64,000 nucleotides of DNA from Elusimicrobiales bacterium (GTDB lineage: Bacteria > Elusimicrobiota > Elusimicrobia > Elusimicrobiales > UBA9959): positions 23,613 through 87,612 of the forward strand of contig JBMFKQ010000003.1 in the NCBI GenBank assembly GCA_049972095.1, in the 5' to 3' direction. Below are positions 1 to 9,418 of this stretch, one piece after another (within the stretch, counting starts at the first letter, position 1; every line of letters starts with the position of its first letter). Below the pieces are notes generated by a model. It made no database searches. It saw only the letters and a list, made by a program, of their open reading frames with translations, and had not been told where the DNA came from. The position numbers and the translations under genes are program-made.

Positions 1-2
1 AT

Positions 3-287
3 CTGCTATATGTTCTTGTGAGATTTTATCATCATGAGTCATGCGGTCAGTGCACACCGTGTAGAGAAGGAAGTGGTTGGATAGAGAAAATAATTAAAAG
101 AATAAGATATTTCAACTCTGATTTTAAAGATATAGACCTTGCCCTTGATGTTGCAAACAGCATTGTTGGAAGGACAATATGTCCTCTTGCTGACGCACTT
201 GCTATGCCGCTTATAAGTTTTATAACAAAATTCAAAGATGAATTTGAAAACCATGTAAAGGGAAGTTGTAAAATATGCCAGAGATAA
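3..287 (+). CDS. nuoF: NADH-quinone oxidoreductase subunit F, C-terminal part (5' end outside window)
   Basis: HESCGQCTPCREG and TICPLAD N3 [4Fe-4S] motifs; frame open from window start; directly upstream of nuoG. Confidence 0.95.
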   Translation: MLYVLVRFYHHESCGQCTPCREGSGWIEKIIKRIRYFNSDFKDIDLALDVANSIVGRTICPLADALAMPLISFITKFKDEFENHVKGSCKICQR

Positions 288-1744
288 CCATAAACGGTAA
301 AAAATATGTTGCAAAGGAAGGGGAGACCATACTTCAGGTTGCTGATAGAAATTCTATATACATACCAAGATTCTGTTATCATCCAGCCCTTTCAATTGCA
401 GGAAACTGCAGGATGTGTCTTGTTGAGATAGAAAAAAACCCAAAATTACAAATTGCATGTGCAACACCTGTTGTAGATGGAATGGTGGTGTGGACAGAAA
501 GTGAGAAGGTTAAGAAAGCAAGGAAGGATGTATTGGAGTTTTTGCTTTTAAATCATCCTCTTGACTGTCCTATATGTGATCAGGTTGGAGAATGCTACCT
601 TCAGGATTATTACATGGAATATGGACTTAAAAAGAGCAGAATAAGATATGAGGATAAAAATACAAAAATGAAAAGAAGAGACATAGGTAAATATATTATT
701 CTTGATAATGAAAGATGCATACTTTGTACAAGATGTATTAGATTTTTAGAAGAGATTACAAAGACTAAAGAGCTTTTCATAAACTCACGAGGTGATCATT
801 CTTTTATAGATATAAAGCCAGGACTATCAATTGATAATAATTACTCTCTAAATCTTGCAGATATATGTCCTGTTGGAGCAATAACATCAAAGGATTTTAG
901 ATTTAAAAAAAGAGTTTATATGTTAAGCACTAAAAAATCAGTCTGCCTTGAATGTGCAACGGGATGCAGGATATTAGTTCAGTATGATGAAAATGAAAAT
1001 AAGATTTATAGAGTACTTCCAGATCCAAATATACACACAAACATATGGATCTGTGATATAGGAAGGCTTTCTTATAAGAAACTTTATGATGAAAAAAGAA
1101 TAACAATCTCAAAGATTGATGGCAAAGAGGTTGAATTGAAAGAGGCTTTTACAAGATATGCTAAGTTTTTCTCAAGGATGATTGAAGAAAGAAAAAAGGT
1201 TTGTGTTATTCTATCAAACTATCTTTCACTTGAAGACAATATTGCACTTATAAAACTTGCTAAAAAACTCTTTGAGACTGATATGGTATTTTTTACAAAA
1301 GGCAATGAAAAAAGGATAGATGATGGCATCCTTCTAAATACTGATAAATCTCCAAACTCCACAGGGATTGAGATGATAAAAGGATATTTTAATATAAAAG
1401 AATATAATTTTGAAAATGCTGATTTTTTTATAGGATATGAAAAAGAGATATTTCTGTTCAATCACCATATTGATCCATCAAGAGCAATTCTTTTTTCATT
1501 CTATAACCACTCAAACTATCCAAATCAAATAGCAATAAAGTCATACCTTGAGGCGGAGGGAAGTTTTGTAAACTGGCAAGGTTATGCTTTTAAAACTCCA
1601 AAAATTGTTGTTGCACCAAAAAATAGTGTAGGTATTTATGAGTTTATTAAAAAGATTATGGAGCTTAATGGTTTTTATATTGAGGATATAAAAGAACTCC
1701 AAAAATTTATATATGAAAAATTTAAATTTAAAACGGAATTATGA
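275..1744 (+). CDS. nuoG: NADH-quinone oxidoreductase subunit G (short form, 489 aa)
   Basis: IPRFCYHP..GNCRMC..IAC (N1b), NHPLDCPICDQVGEC (N5), RCILCTRC..CPVGA (N4), CLECATGC..WIC (N7-type). Confidence 0.92.
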   Translation: MPEITINGKKYVAKEGETILQVADRNSIYIPRFCYHPALSIAGNCRMCLVEIEKNPKLQIACATPVVDGMVVWTESEKVKKARKDVLEFLLLNHPLDCPICDQVGECYLQDYYMEYGLKKSRIRYEDKNTKMKRRDIGKYIILDNERCILCTRCIRFLEEITKTKELFINSRGDHSFIDIKPGLSIDNNYSLNLADICPVGAITSKDFRFKKRVYMLSTKKSVCLECATGCRILVQYDENENKIYRVLPDPNIHTNIWICDIGRLSYKKLYDEKRITISKIDGKEVELKEAFTRYAKFFSRMIEERKKVCVILSNYLSLEDNIALIKLAKKLFETDMVFFTKGNEKRIDDGILLNTDKSPNSTGIEMIKGYFNIKEYNFENADFFIGYEKEIFLFNHHIDPSRAILFSFYNHSNYPNQIAIKSYLEAEGSFVNWQGYAFKTPKIVVAPKNSVGIYEFIKKIMELNGFYIEDIKELQKFIYEKFKFKTEL

Positions 1745-2895
1745 TAGGCATAGAATCTCTTATTAAAGAACTTGTGATAAGGTATTTTGAAATAGTAAAG
1801 CCTGTGTTTTTATCATATTTATATCAGTTGCTTGAGTTTGCAGGAAAGATGGTGTTTTTATACGGTGGAGTTTTTTCTCTTGCAGGACTTTTAACACTTC
1901 TTGAAAGAAAGATAAGCGCTCTTATACAGGATAGAGTTGGTCCCGAGAGGGCAAACATATGGAGATTTACTCTATGGGGGCTTTTTCACCCACTTGCGGA
2001 TGGTATAAAGATGATAATGAAAGAAGATTTTGTACCTAAAAAGGCAAATAAAATTCTATTTACACTTGCACCAATAATAACTGTATTTTCTGTTTTGATA
2101 GTTTTTGTCTTTATACCTTTTGGAAACTATATTGAAATTGCTGGTCAAAAAATAAAGCTTGTGATAATTGATACTGACATATCTGTTTTTCTTGTAATTG
2201 CACTATCATCCCTTGCAATATATGGGATATTTACGGCAGGTTTTTTCTCTTCAAATACATGGGGTATGATAGGCTCTCTAAGAGCAGTATCTCAGATGAT
2301 TTCATACGAGATAATAACACTTCTATCAATACTGCCTGTTATTGTAATCTATGGTTCTTCCTCATTTTTTGAAATAATGCAAAAGCAGGCTGATATGATA
2401 GGTGGTATAATTCCTAAATGGGGTATATTCCTTCAACCACTCTCCTTCCTGCTTTTTATAACAGCCTCTTTATGTGAGAATAAAAGAACTCCCTTTGATG
2501 TTGTTGAATGTGAAAGCGAGATTATAGGGTATTTCATAGAATATAGCTCAATGAGATTTGGAGCTTTTATGTTTGCAGAATATATAGAAATAGTTTTTTT
2601 TTCAATGCTTATAACTATCTTTTTTCTTGGCGGTTGGCACCTTCCTTTCCTCTATGAATATGGCTTTAAAGTAGGCTTGTGCTTATTACCTCTTGATAGA
2701 AAATGGGTTTATATCATTGAGGCATTAACATTTGCTTTTAAAACTTTTTTAATCTCAAACTTCATAATATTTATAAGATGGACACTTCCTCGCTTTAGAT
2801 TTGATCAAATAATGAGATTGGCGTGGAAGAATATAATGCCCCTTGCTCTTTTAAATTTATTAGCTACTGTCATTGTTTTAAGGTTATTAAAATGA
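1741..2895 (+). CDS. nuoH: NADH-quinone oxidoreductase subunit H
   Basis: ERKISALIQDRVGP, ADGIK, SQMISYE, RTPFD, RWTLPRFRFDQ motifs. Confidence 0.96.
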   Translation: MIGIESLIKELVIRYFEIVKPVFLSYLYQLLEFAGKMVFLYGGVFSLAGLLTLLERKISALIQDRVGPERANIWRFTLWGLFHPLADGIKMIMKEDFVPKKANKILFTLAPIITVFSVLIVFVFIPFGNYIEIAGQKIKLVIIDTDISVFLVIALSSLAIYGIFTAGFFSSNTWGMIGSLRAVSQMISYEIITLLSILPVIVIYGSSSFFEIMQKQADMIGGIIPKWGIFLQPLSFLLFITASLCENKRTPFDVVECESEIIGYFIEYSSMRFGAFMFAEYIEIVFFSMLITIFFLGGWHLPFLYEYGFKVGLCLLPLDRKWVYIIEALTFAFKTFLISNFIIFIRWTLPRFRFDQIMRLAWKNIMPLALLNLLATVIVLRLLK

Positions 2896-3473
2896 TAAAA
2901 GTAAAAAATATAAAAATAAGAGAGTTAAACTTTTTAGAAAAAGTATATATCATTGAGATATTCAAAGGCTTTGAGGTAACACTTAGACATTTTTTGAAAA
3001 ATCTATTTCGGCATCTGACCCGTTCAAAGATATTGACAATAAGGTATCCTGAAGAAAAAGTTAGTGTTGTTGGAAATGCAAGATATAAATCAAAACACAG
3101 GATAAAACTCAGGTATGATGGAAGTCCCAAGTGTGTTGCATGTATGATGTGCGCTACTATATGTCCTGCAAGATGTATAGAAATAGAGGCAGATGAAACA
3201 GATCTTGAGGTTGAAAAATATCCTAAAAAATTTAATATAGACCTCTCAAGATGTGTTATGTGTGGTTTATGTGTTGAGGCATGCCCGGAGGATGCAATCT
3301 CAATGGATAGTGGCGAGTTTGAAGGGGGAAGATATCATAGATTTGCCCCTGCATCAAGAGGAGGACTTTTTTATACAAAAAATGAACTTTTTAAAAACCT
3401 TGACAACGATCATGTATCTGAAAAGGGGGCTTCTAATAATCTGATATTTAGGAGAGCAAAAAACAATGAGTGA
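2892..3473 (+). CDS. nuoI: NADH-quinone oxidoreductase subunit I
   Basis: Two CxxCxxCxxxCP ferredoxin motifs, TIRYPEEK; start placed at ATG 2892, an ATGA overlap with nuoH. Confidence 0.95.
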   Translation: MIKVKNIKIRELNFLEKVYIIEIFKGFEVTLRHFLKNLFRHLTRSKILTIRYPEEKVSVVGNARYKSKHRIKLRYDGSPKCVACMMCATICPARCIEIEADETDLEVEKYPKKFNIDLSRCVMCGLCVEACPEDAISMDSGEFEGGRYHRFAPASRGGLFYTKNELFKNLDNDHVSEKGASNNLIFRRAKNNE

Positions 3474-3948
3474 ATTTCTTATAAATATAATCCTTTTAAT
3501 CATAACCTTGATATACATTTTGATCTGCTTTACTAAAAATATATCATCCTTTATCTTTCTTGTTTTTTTAATCTTCATATTAACATCTGCAACATTGTTT
3601 ATTATGGGGCTTAAATTTGTATCAGTGCTTTATCTCATAATATATGCAGGTGCAGTAATTATACTTTTTATAATATCAACAAAATCTATTGAGATATCAC
3701 AAAATATAAAAACCTCTTTTAAAAATATTCCTCTTCTTGTATCTTCTATTGTATTTATAACAGTTTTAGCAATGATGATTTTAAAGACTAAAACTTTCCA
3801 AGATACTGTTTTGAGTTATTATCGGTTTTCAATTGTTGATATAATGTTTAATAAAAATTTTATAGCAGTTGAAATTCTTTCTCTTATACTTATAGCAGCT
3901 ATAGCAGGTATAATTAGTTTTCTCAAGGAGAAAAAAGATGAGATATGA
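3466..3948 (+). CDS. nuoJ: NADH-quinone oxidoreductase subunit J
   Basis: Hydrophobic, IIYAGAVIILF motif, position between nuoI and nuoK. Confidence 0.9.
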   Translation: MSEFLINIILLIITLIYILICFTKNISSFIFLVFLIFILTSATLFIMGLKFVSVLYLIIYAGAVIILFIISTKSIEISQNIKTSFKNIPLLVSSIVFITVLAMMILKTKTFQDTVLSYYRFSIVDIMFNKNFIAVEILSLILIAAIAGIISFLKEKKDEI

Positions 3949-4246
3949 TATGGTGTTTGTGATGTGTTTTATTATGTTTGCCTCTGCTCTTATAAATTTT
4001 TCAAGGTCATCCAATCTATTTATTATGATAGTTTCAATTGAGCTAATGCTTAACTCTCTCAATATTATACTTGCAAGACTTGCGGTGATATCTAAGGCAG
4101 AGGATATTATTTTCTGGATAATTACAATAATAACCATTGCTGCAGCGGAGGTTAGCGTTGGTCTTGCCATACTAATAGTTTCATCAAAAAAACTAAAGAA
4201 AACAGATGTAGGCTTGATCACATCAATAAGGGAGATCTTTAAATGA
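3938..4246 (+). CDS. nuoK: NADH-quinone oxidoreductase subunit K
   Basis: SIELMLN and AAAEVSVGLA motifs, about 100 aa with three TM segments. Confidence 0.95.
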   Translation: MRYDMVFVMCFIMFASALINFSRSSNLFIMIVSIELMLNSLNIILARLAVISKAEDIIFWIITIITIAAAEVSVGLAILIVSSKKLKKTDVGLITSIREIFK

Positions 4247-6108
4247 GTCAGAATTTTGAACTTTTAAGATTCATAATTCTTTCCCCTCTTACAGGATTTT
4301 TATTTATATTTCTCTTTTCAAGATTTATAAGCAATAGAATAACATCCTATATAGCCTGTTTAGCTGTTTTTCTCTCATTTGTTTTTTCTGTTATATCTGT
4401 AGAAAATATGATATCAAACAATTCTCCTTTAACCGATATGATTTTCTGGTGGATAAATCAGGATTTTATAAAAATTCCATTTAGATTGTATCTTGATAAT
4501 CTGTCATCAGTTATGGTTCTTGTTGTAAGTGGGGTGAGTTTTTTAATACACATCTATTCAATTTCATATATGCATGGAGATAAGGATTTTAAACGCTTTT
4601 TTTCATATTTTAACCTATTTGTTTTTTTTATGCTTCTTCTTGTACTGGCTGATAATCTAATAATAACATTCTTTGGCTGGGAAGGGGTTGGGCTTTCATC
4701 TTATCTTCTTATAGGATTCTGGTATGAAAATATTGAAAACTCAAAGGCTGCAAAAAAGGCTTTTATAGTAAACAGAATTGGCGATGTTTTTTTTATAATG
4801 GCAATAATGATAATCTATTTTCTTCTTTCATCTGCAAGTATAACTGAAATATCATATCAGATCATAAAGGAAAACCTTTCTTACTTTCTTAACTCAACCA
4901 TCTTCTCTGTTTCTGCTTCGTTTTTAATAACACTATTTATTTTTATATCAGCATGTGGCAAATCAGCTCAATTTCCACTCTATATCTGGCTTCCTGACGC
5001 TATGGCAGGACCTACGCCGGTCTCTGCCCTTATACACGCTGCCACAATGGTAACAGCTGGAGTCTATCTTATCTCAAGAATGTTTTTTATATTTAGTCTA
5101 ACATCAACAATGGAAATAATACTCTACATCTCAGCCTTTACATCACTTCTTTCAGCTGTCATTGCAATTGGGCAAAGAGACATCAAAAAAATACTTGCAT
5201 ACTCTACAATAAGCCAGCTTGGATATATGTTTATGGGAGTTGCATGTGGAAATTATGCATCTGGTATGTTTCATCTAACAACACATGCATTTTTTAAAGC
5301 CCTTCTTTTCTTATCAGCAGGTGCAGTTATACACTCGCTTTCAGGCATACAGGATATATTTCAGATGGGAGGATTGAAAGAAAAAATAAAATCTGTTTTT
5401 TATGTAATGCTCATTGGATTTCTTGCTATAAGCGGTTTTCCTTATCTAAGTGGATATTTTAGCAAGGATATGATAATAGAAAGTATATATCTATCAGGAT
5501 ACAAAACTATATGGCTAATCTCATTAATTACTGCTCTTTTGACCTCACTTTATATGACAAGAATGTTTGTGATTGTTTTTATAAGAAAGCCTTTTGATAA
5601 AAATCTTCATCCACATCATCCTGACATAATTATGATGTTTCCCCTCTATATTCTTGCATTTCTATCATTAGTATCCGGGTTTTTTATGAAAGTTTTTTTA
5701 AATTTCCTTGGTCATGAAATTGAGACTCATCATATACCCCTATATGTAAAATATTTACCTGCAATAATTAGCCTTTTAGGAATTTATCTTGGCTATATAA
5801 TTTTTATATCAGAATCTAAAGCTAAAAAACTTGGTTTTTTATCAACCCTTGTGTATAATAAGTTTTATGTAGATGAGATATATGATGTGTTGATTGTAAA
5901 ACCAATTTATTCTATTGCATCAAATCTCTTTCAGGTGGTTGAGAGAAGCATAATAGACAAATTTTTTATTGAAGGTAGTGCAAAATCATTTATGGATCTA
6001 TCTTTTATCAGCTCAAGGATGGAAAACTCAAATCTGGTATATTATATTTCATATATAATAATTGCAGTTTCAATATTTATAATTATCCTGATTAAAGGAG
6101 TTGGATAA
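4243..6108 (+). CDS. nuoL: NADH-quinone oxidoreductase subunit L
   Basis: GWEGVGLSSYLLIGFW, NRIGD, GKSAQFPL..WLPDAMAGPTPVSALIHAATMVTAG. Confidence 0.97.
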   Translation: MSQNFELLRFIILSPLTGFLFIFLFSRFISNRITSYIACLAVFLSFVFSVISVENMISNNSPLTDMIFWWINQDFIKIPFRLYLDNLSSVMVLVVSGVSFLIHIYSISYMHGDKDFKRFFSYFNLFVFFMLLLVLADNLIITFFGWEGVGLSSYLLIGFWYENIENSKAAKKAFIVNRIGDVFFIMAIMIIYFLLSSASITEISYQIIKENLSYFLNSTIFSVSASFLITLFIFISACGKSAQFPLYIWLPDAMAGPTPVSALIHAATMVTAGVYLISRMFFIFSLTSTMEIILYISAFTSLLSAVIAIGQRDIKKILAYSTISQLGYMFMGVACGNYASGMFHLTTHAFFKALLFLSAGAVIHSLSGIQDIFQMGGLKEKIKSVFYVMLIGFLAISGFPYLSGYFSKDMIIESIYLSGYKTIWLISLITALLTSLYMTRMFVIVFIRKPFDKNLHPHHPDIIMMFPLYILAFLSLVSGFFMKVFLNFLGHEIETHHIPLYVKYLPAIISLLGIYLGYIIFISESKAKKLGFLSTLVYNKFYVDEIYDVLIVKPIYSIASNLFQVVERSIIDKFFIEGSAKSFMDLSFISSRMENSNLVYYISYIIIAVSIFIIILIKGVG

Positions 6109-7568
6109 TGTATTGTTTAAGCACTATGATTTTTCTACCTCTTTTCACATCACTTTTAATACTTTCTACTAAAAAAGAAAGTACTATAAAATATCTATCC
6201 TTTATATCCTCCATCACTATGCTTATTATTTCAATATTTATGCTTCCAAAAGCAATGACTGTAAACATGAGTTTTGAAGAGAAATATGAATGGATAAAAT
6301 CTCTGAATATAAACTATCATCTTGGTGTTGATAATCTGAGTATGCTTATGATCCTTCTTGTGAATTTTCTGATGCCAATTGCAATACTTTCATCATTCTC
6401 ATATATAAAACACACTATAAAAAAATACTATTTCTGGATGATGATTTTACATTCTGCAATGATTGGTGTTTTTTCATCCCTTGATGCTGTTCTTTTTTAT
6501 ATATTCTGGGAGGCGATACTCATACCAATGTATTTTCTAATAGGTATATGGGGAGGGGAAAATAGAACATATGCCTCAGTAAAATTCTTTATATATACAA
6601 TGTCCGCAAGTGTGCTTTTTATAGTAGGTATAATAATACTTAGTTTAAATCTAAAAGGGCAGGGTAATCCATCGTTTTATATTATGGACCTTTATAAAAA
6701 CACTCTCTCTGGAAACTTAAGGCTTTTTGTTTTTATTTCGTTTTTTTTAGCATTTTCGGTTAAAATCCCTCTCTTACCATTTCATACATGGCTTCCTGAC
6801 GCACATGTTGAAGCACCTACCGCAGCAAGCGTTATACTTGCAGGTGTGCTTCTTAAAATGGGTGCATATGGATATATAAGATTTCTTATACCCTGTTTTC
6901 CAGATCTCTCTCTTAAATATTCAACAATAGTTGCATTTCTTGGTGCAATAGCTACTATCTATGCAGGTTTTATGGCATGGATGCAAACAGATATTAAAAA
7001 ACTTATAGCCTACTCCTCAATAAGCCATATGGGGCTTGTTGTTCTTGGAATTTTTTCATTTAATCAAGTGGCTCTTTCTGGTTCAATCCTTCAAATGATA
7101 AACCATGGAATTTCAAGTGCAGCTCTTTTCCTTGCCGTTGGAATAATGTATGAGAGGATGCACACAAGATTTATATTGGATTATGGAGGAATATTTAAGA
7201 TTATTCCATTCTTCTCAACATTTTTTATGATAATAATACTCTCCTCAATAGGACTTCCAACGACAAATGGATTTGTTGGTGAGTTTCTTACAATTATAGG
7301 TGCTTTTAAATCACATAGATTTCTTGCACTATTATCTCTAACAGGTATGATAATCGGTGCAGTGTATATGTTATCAGCATATGAGAAGATATTTTTTGGT
7401 AGCATTCAAAGGCAAAATCTTCTCAAAATGAATGACCTAAATATAAGGGAATGGATATATACAATCCCGCTGGTTCTTGCAGTTTTTTTTATAGGAATCT
7501 ATCCAGATATCATTCTTTCAAAGATAAATGAGTTTGCAACAAATATGCTTAATGGAGTTTTAAAATGA
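6108..7568 (+). CDS. nuoM: NADH-quinone oxidoreductase subunit M
   Basis: FYIFWE, PFHTWLPDAHVEAP, KLIAYSSISHMG motifs. Confidence 0.97.
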   Translation: MYCLSTMIFLPLFTSLLILSTKKESTIKYLSFISSITMLIISIFMLPKAMTVNMSFEEKYEWIKSLNINYHLGVDNLSMLMILLVNFLMPIAILSSFSYIKHTIKKYYFWMMILHSAMIGVFSSLDAVLFYIFWEAILIPMYFLIGIWGGENRTYASVKFFIYTMSASVLFIVGIIILSLNLKGQGNPSFYIMDLYKNTLSGNLRLFVFISFFLAFSVKIPLLPFHTWLPDAHVEAPTAASVILAGVLLKMGAYGYIRFLIPCFPDLSLKYSTIVAFLGAIATIYAGFMAWMQTDIKKLIAYSSISHMGLVVLGIFSFNQVALSGSILQMINHGISSAALFLAVGIMYERMHTRFILDYGGIFKIIPFFSTFFMIIILSSIGLPTTNGFVGEFLTIIGAFKSHRFLALLSLTGMIIGAVYMLSAYEKIFFGSIQRQNLLKMNDLNIREWIYTIPLVLAVFFIGIYPDIILSKINEFATNMLNGVLK

Positions 7569-8941
7569 TATTAACACATACTATTATTGCAATAACCACA
7601 ATTGTATTTGGTGCCTTTTTATCGCTGATGGTGTGGGTAGAAAAAAAGAACAGGAAGCTCACATTTGATATAACTCTAACATCAATGCTTATTGCATTTG
7701 CTCTTATGATATCATACTCAAGTTTTTCTTGTAGCTCATATCTAATTTCTTCCTCATTGATAAATAATTTTTTCTCAGCATTCATAATCTTTATCTCAAC
7801 AGCTATTTTATACTCACATAGAGAAACTATAAACGAAAATCTTAAATTTGGTGAATATATACTTCTTATCTCCTTAACAGTAGTATCTTCAATTATACTC
7901 ATTTCATCTGATAGCCTTTTTATAATCTTTATAGCCATTGAACTTCTCTCAATATCACTTTATGCCCTTGTAGGTTTTGATAAAAAACCATCTTCCATAG
8001 AAGCATCTGTAAAATACTTCATAACAGGCTCCTTTGCAACGCTCTTCTTTATTCTTTCATTTATATTCATAAAATATTCTAAAGCAACTATAGAGCTATC
8101 TTCTATATCACATTTAACACCATCTCTGCCCCTCTCACTTGCCGGGATATTTTTCCTAAGCGCAATGTTTTTTAAAATATCACTTGTGCCAATGCACTCC
8201 TGGGCTGTTGATGTATATTGTGGCTCACCAACATATATCACTGCTGTTCTTACAAGTTATATAAAACTTGCTGTAATCATTGCAGGATATAGAGTATATT
8301 CTTCTTTTGAGCCACATATACCATCAGACTTAATCAATTTGGTTATAGTTTTAACACTTACCCTTCCAAATATCTCTGCACTTTCAACTAAAAACATAAA
8401 AAAGATACTTGTCTATTCAGGCATATCTCATGCAGGTTTTATATCAATTGGTTTTTTAACTTCTTCAAATCCATATCTCTATTTTTATATAATCGTATAC
8501 TCAATTACAGCAATGGGGGCTTTTATGCTTATTTATCTGATTGAAAAAGTTCAATTGAACACTGAATATGAAACTATAGAAGAACTATGGAGGAAAGATC
8601 CGATTATAGTAATATTTCTTTCAATTTTCCTTTTTTCACTTGCAGGTATTCCACCATTTGCAGGTTTCTTTGCAAAATTCTATATATTCTACTCAGCGAT
8701 AATCTCAAATCACACAATCATTGCAATAATAGCAGCGCTTTCAAGTGCGGTGGCTGCATACTATTATATAAAGATACTTATTCCACTTTTTAAACAAAAG
8801 ACAAATGCTGCCGTTCAAGAGCAAAGCGTCATAAAAGAAAATCCATACACATTTTCACTAATAACCATATCAGCAATCAGTCTATTAATTCTTGGAGTTT
8901 TTTCATCTACCATTATCTCATTTATAGAAAGAATACTCTAA
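7565..8941 (+). CDS. nuoN: NADH-quinone oxidoreductase subunit N
   Basis: EASVKYF, FKISLVPMHSWAVDVY, SLAGIPPFAGFFAKF; last gene of the nuo run. Confidence 0.95.
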   Translation: MILTHTIIAITTIVFGAFLSLMVWVEKKNRKLTFDITLTSMLIAFALMISYSSFSCSSYLISSSLINNFFSAFIIFISTAILYSHRETINENLKFGEYILLISLTVVSSIILISSDSLFIIFIAIELLSISLYALVGFDKKPSSIEASVKYFITGSFATLFFILSFIFIKYSKATIELSSISHLTPSLPLSLAGIFFLSAMFFKISLVPMHSWAVDVYCGSPTYITAVLTSYIKLAVIIAGYRVYSSFEPHIPSDLINLVIVLTLTLPNISALSTKNIKKILVYSGISHAGFISIGFLTSSNPYLYFYIIVYSITAMGAFMLIYLIEKVQLNTEYETIEELWRKDPIIVIFLSIFLFSLAGIPPFAGFFAKFYIFYSAIISNHTIIAIIAALSSAVAAYYYIKILIPLFKQKTNAAVQEQSVIKENPYTFSLITISAISLLILGVFSSTIISFIERIL

Positions 8942-8995
8942 TAAGTAATCCATACCTAACTAAATAAAGCCATTATCCTTGAGGATATTTTAAAG

Positions 8996-9388
8996 AAGTT
9001 GTTTAAGTATCTGTATACTCCTATACCATAATCTCTCAAATCAGGCTTAAAGCCAAGTTTTGTATTTGCCTCAAATACACCCTAACAAGTATTGGTGTTT
9101 CATTTATCTATATTCCTCTGACAAGAGCAGTGTGTTCTTTTCCATTGGTCTTTTCTCTAAAGACTATTATGTAAACTCACTATATATAGTTGGTAGTTTT
9201 GCTTTTGATACCATTTCAACAAGATATTCTCTTTTTCTTCTATGTTCTATTTGAAAAATCTGCTTATCAACAGCAACATATACAAGTCTCCTTGCGTTTT
9301 TAAGTATAAAATTCATTTCTTTTGATATTACATATTCATCTGCAACAATAATATCACCTTTGTTTTCTCTCTTTATTATCCATAACAT
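8996..9388 (-). pseudogene. ribBA: Degraded ribBA (DHBP synthase / GTP cyclohydrolase II) remnant
   Basis: Manual translation across shifting frames gives RENKGDIIVA..MNFILKNARRLV (RibB N-term), EHRRKREYLVE..KLPT (linker), EHTALVRG*..PILVRV and EANTKLGFKPDLRDYGIG..QILKQL (RibA), with stops, frameshifts and large deletions. Confidence 0.85.
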
Positions 9389-9418
9389 TTCAATACTTAA
9401 ATTTAATATAATAGCATT

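Noticed and set aside
9167..9388. 73-aa minus-strand ORF as an intact small gene
   Set aside because: It is the first stretch of the frameshifted ribBA relic. The opposite-strand ORF 9060-9254 is a shadow.
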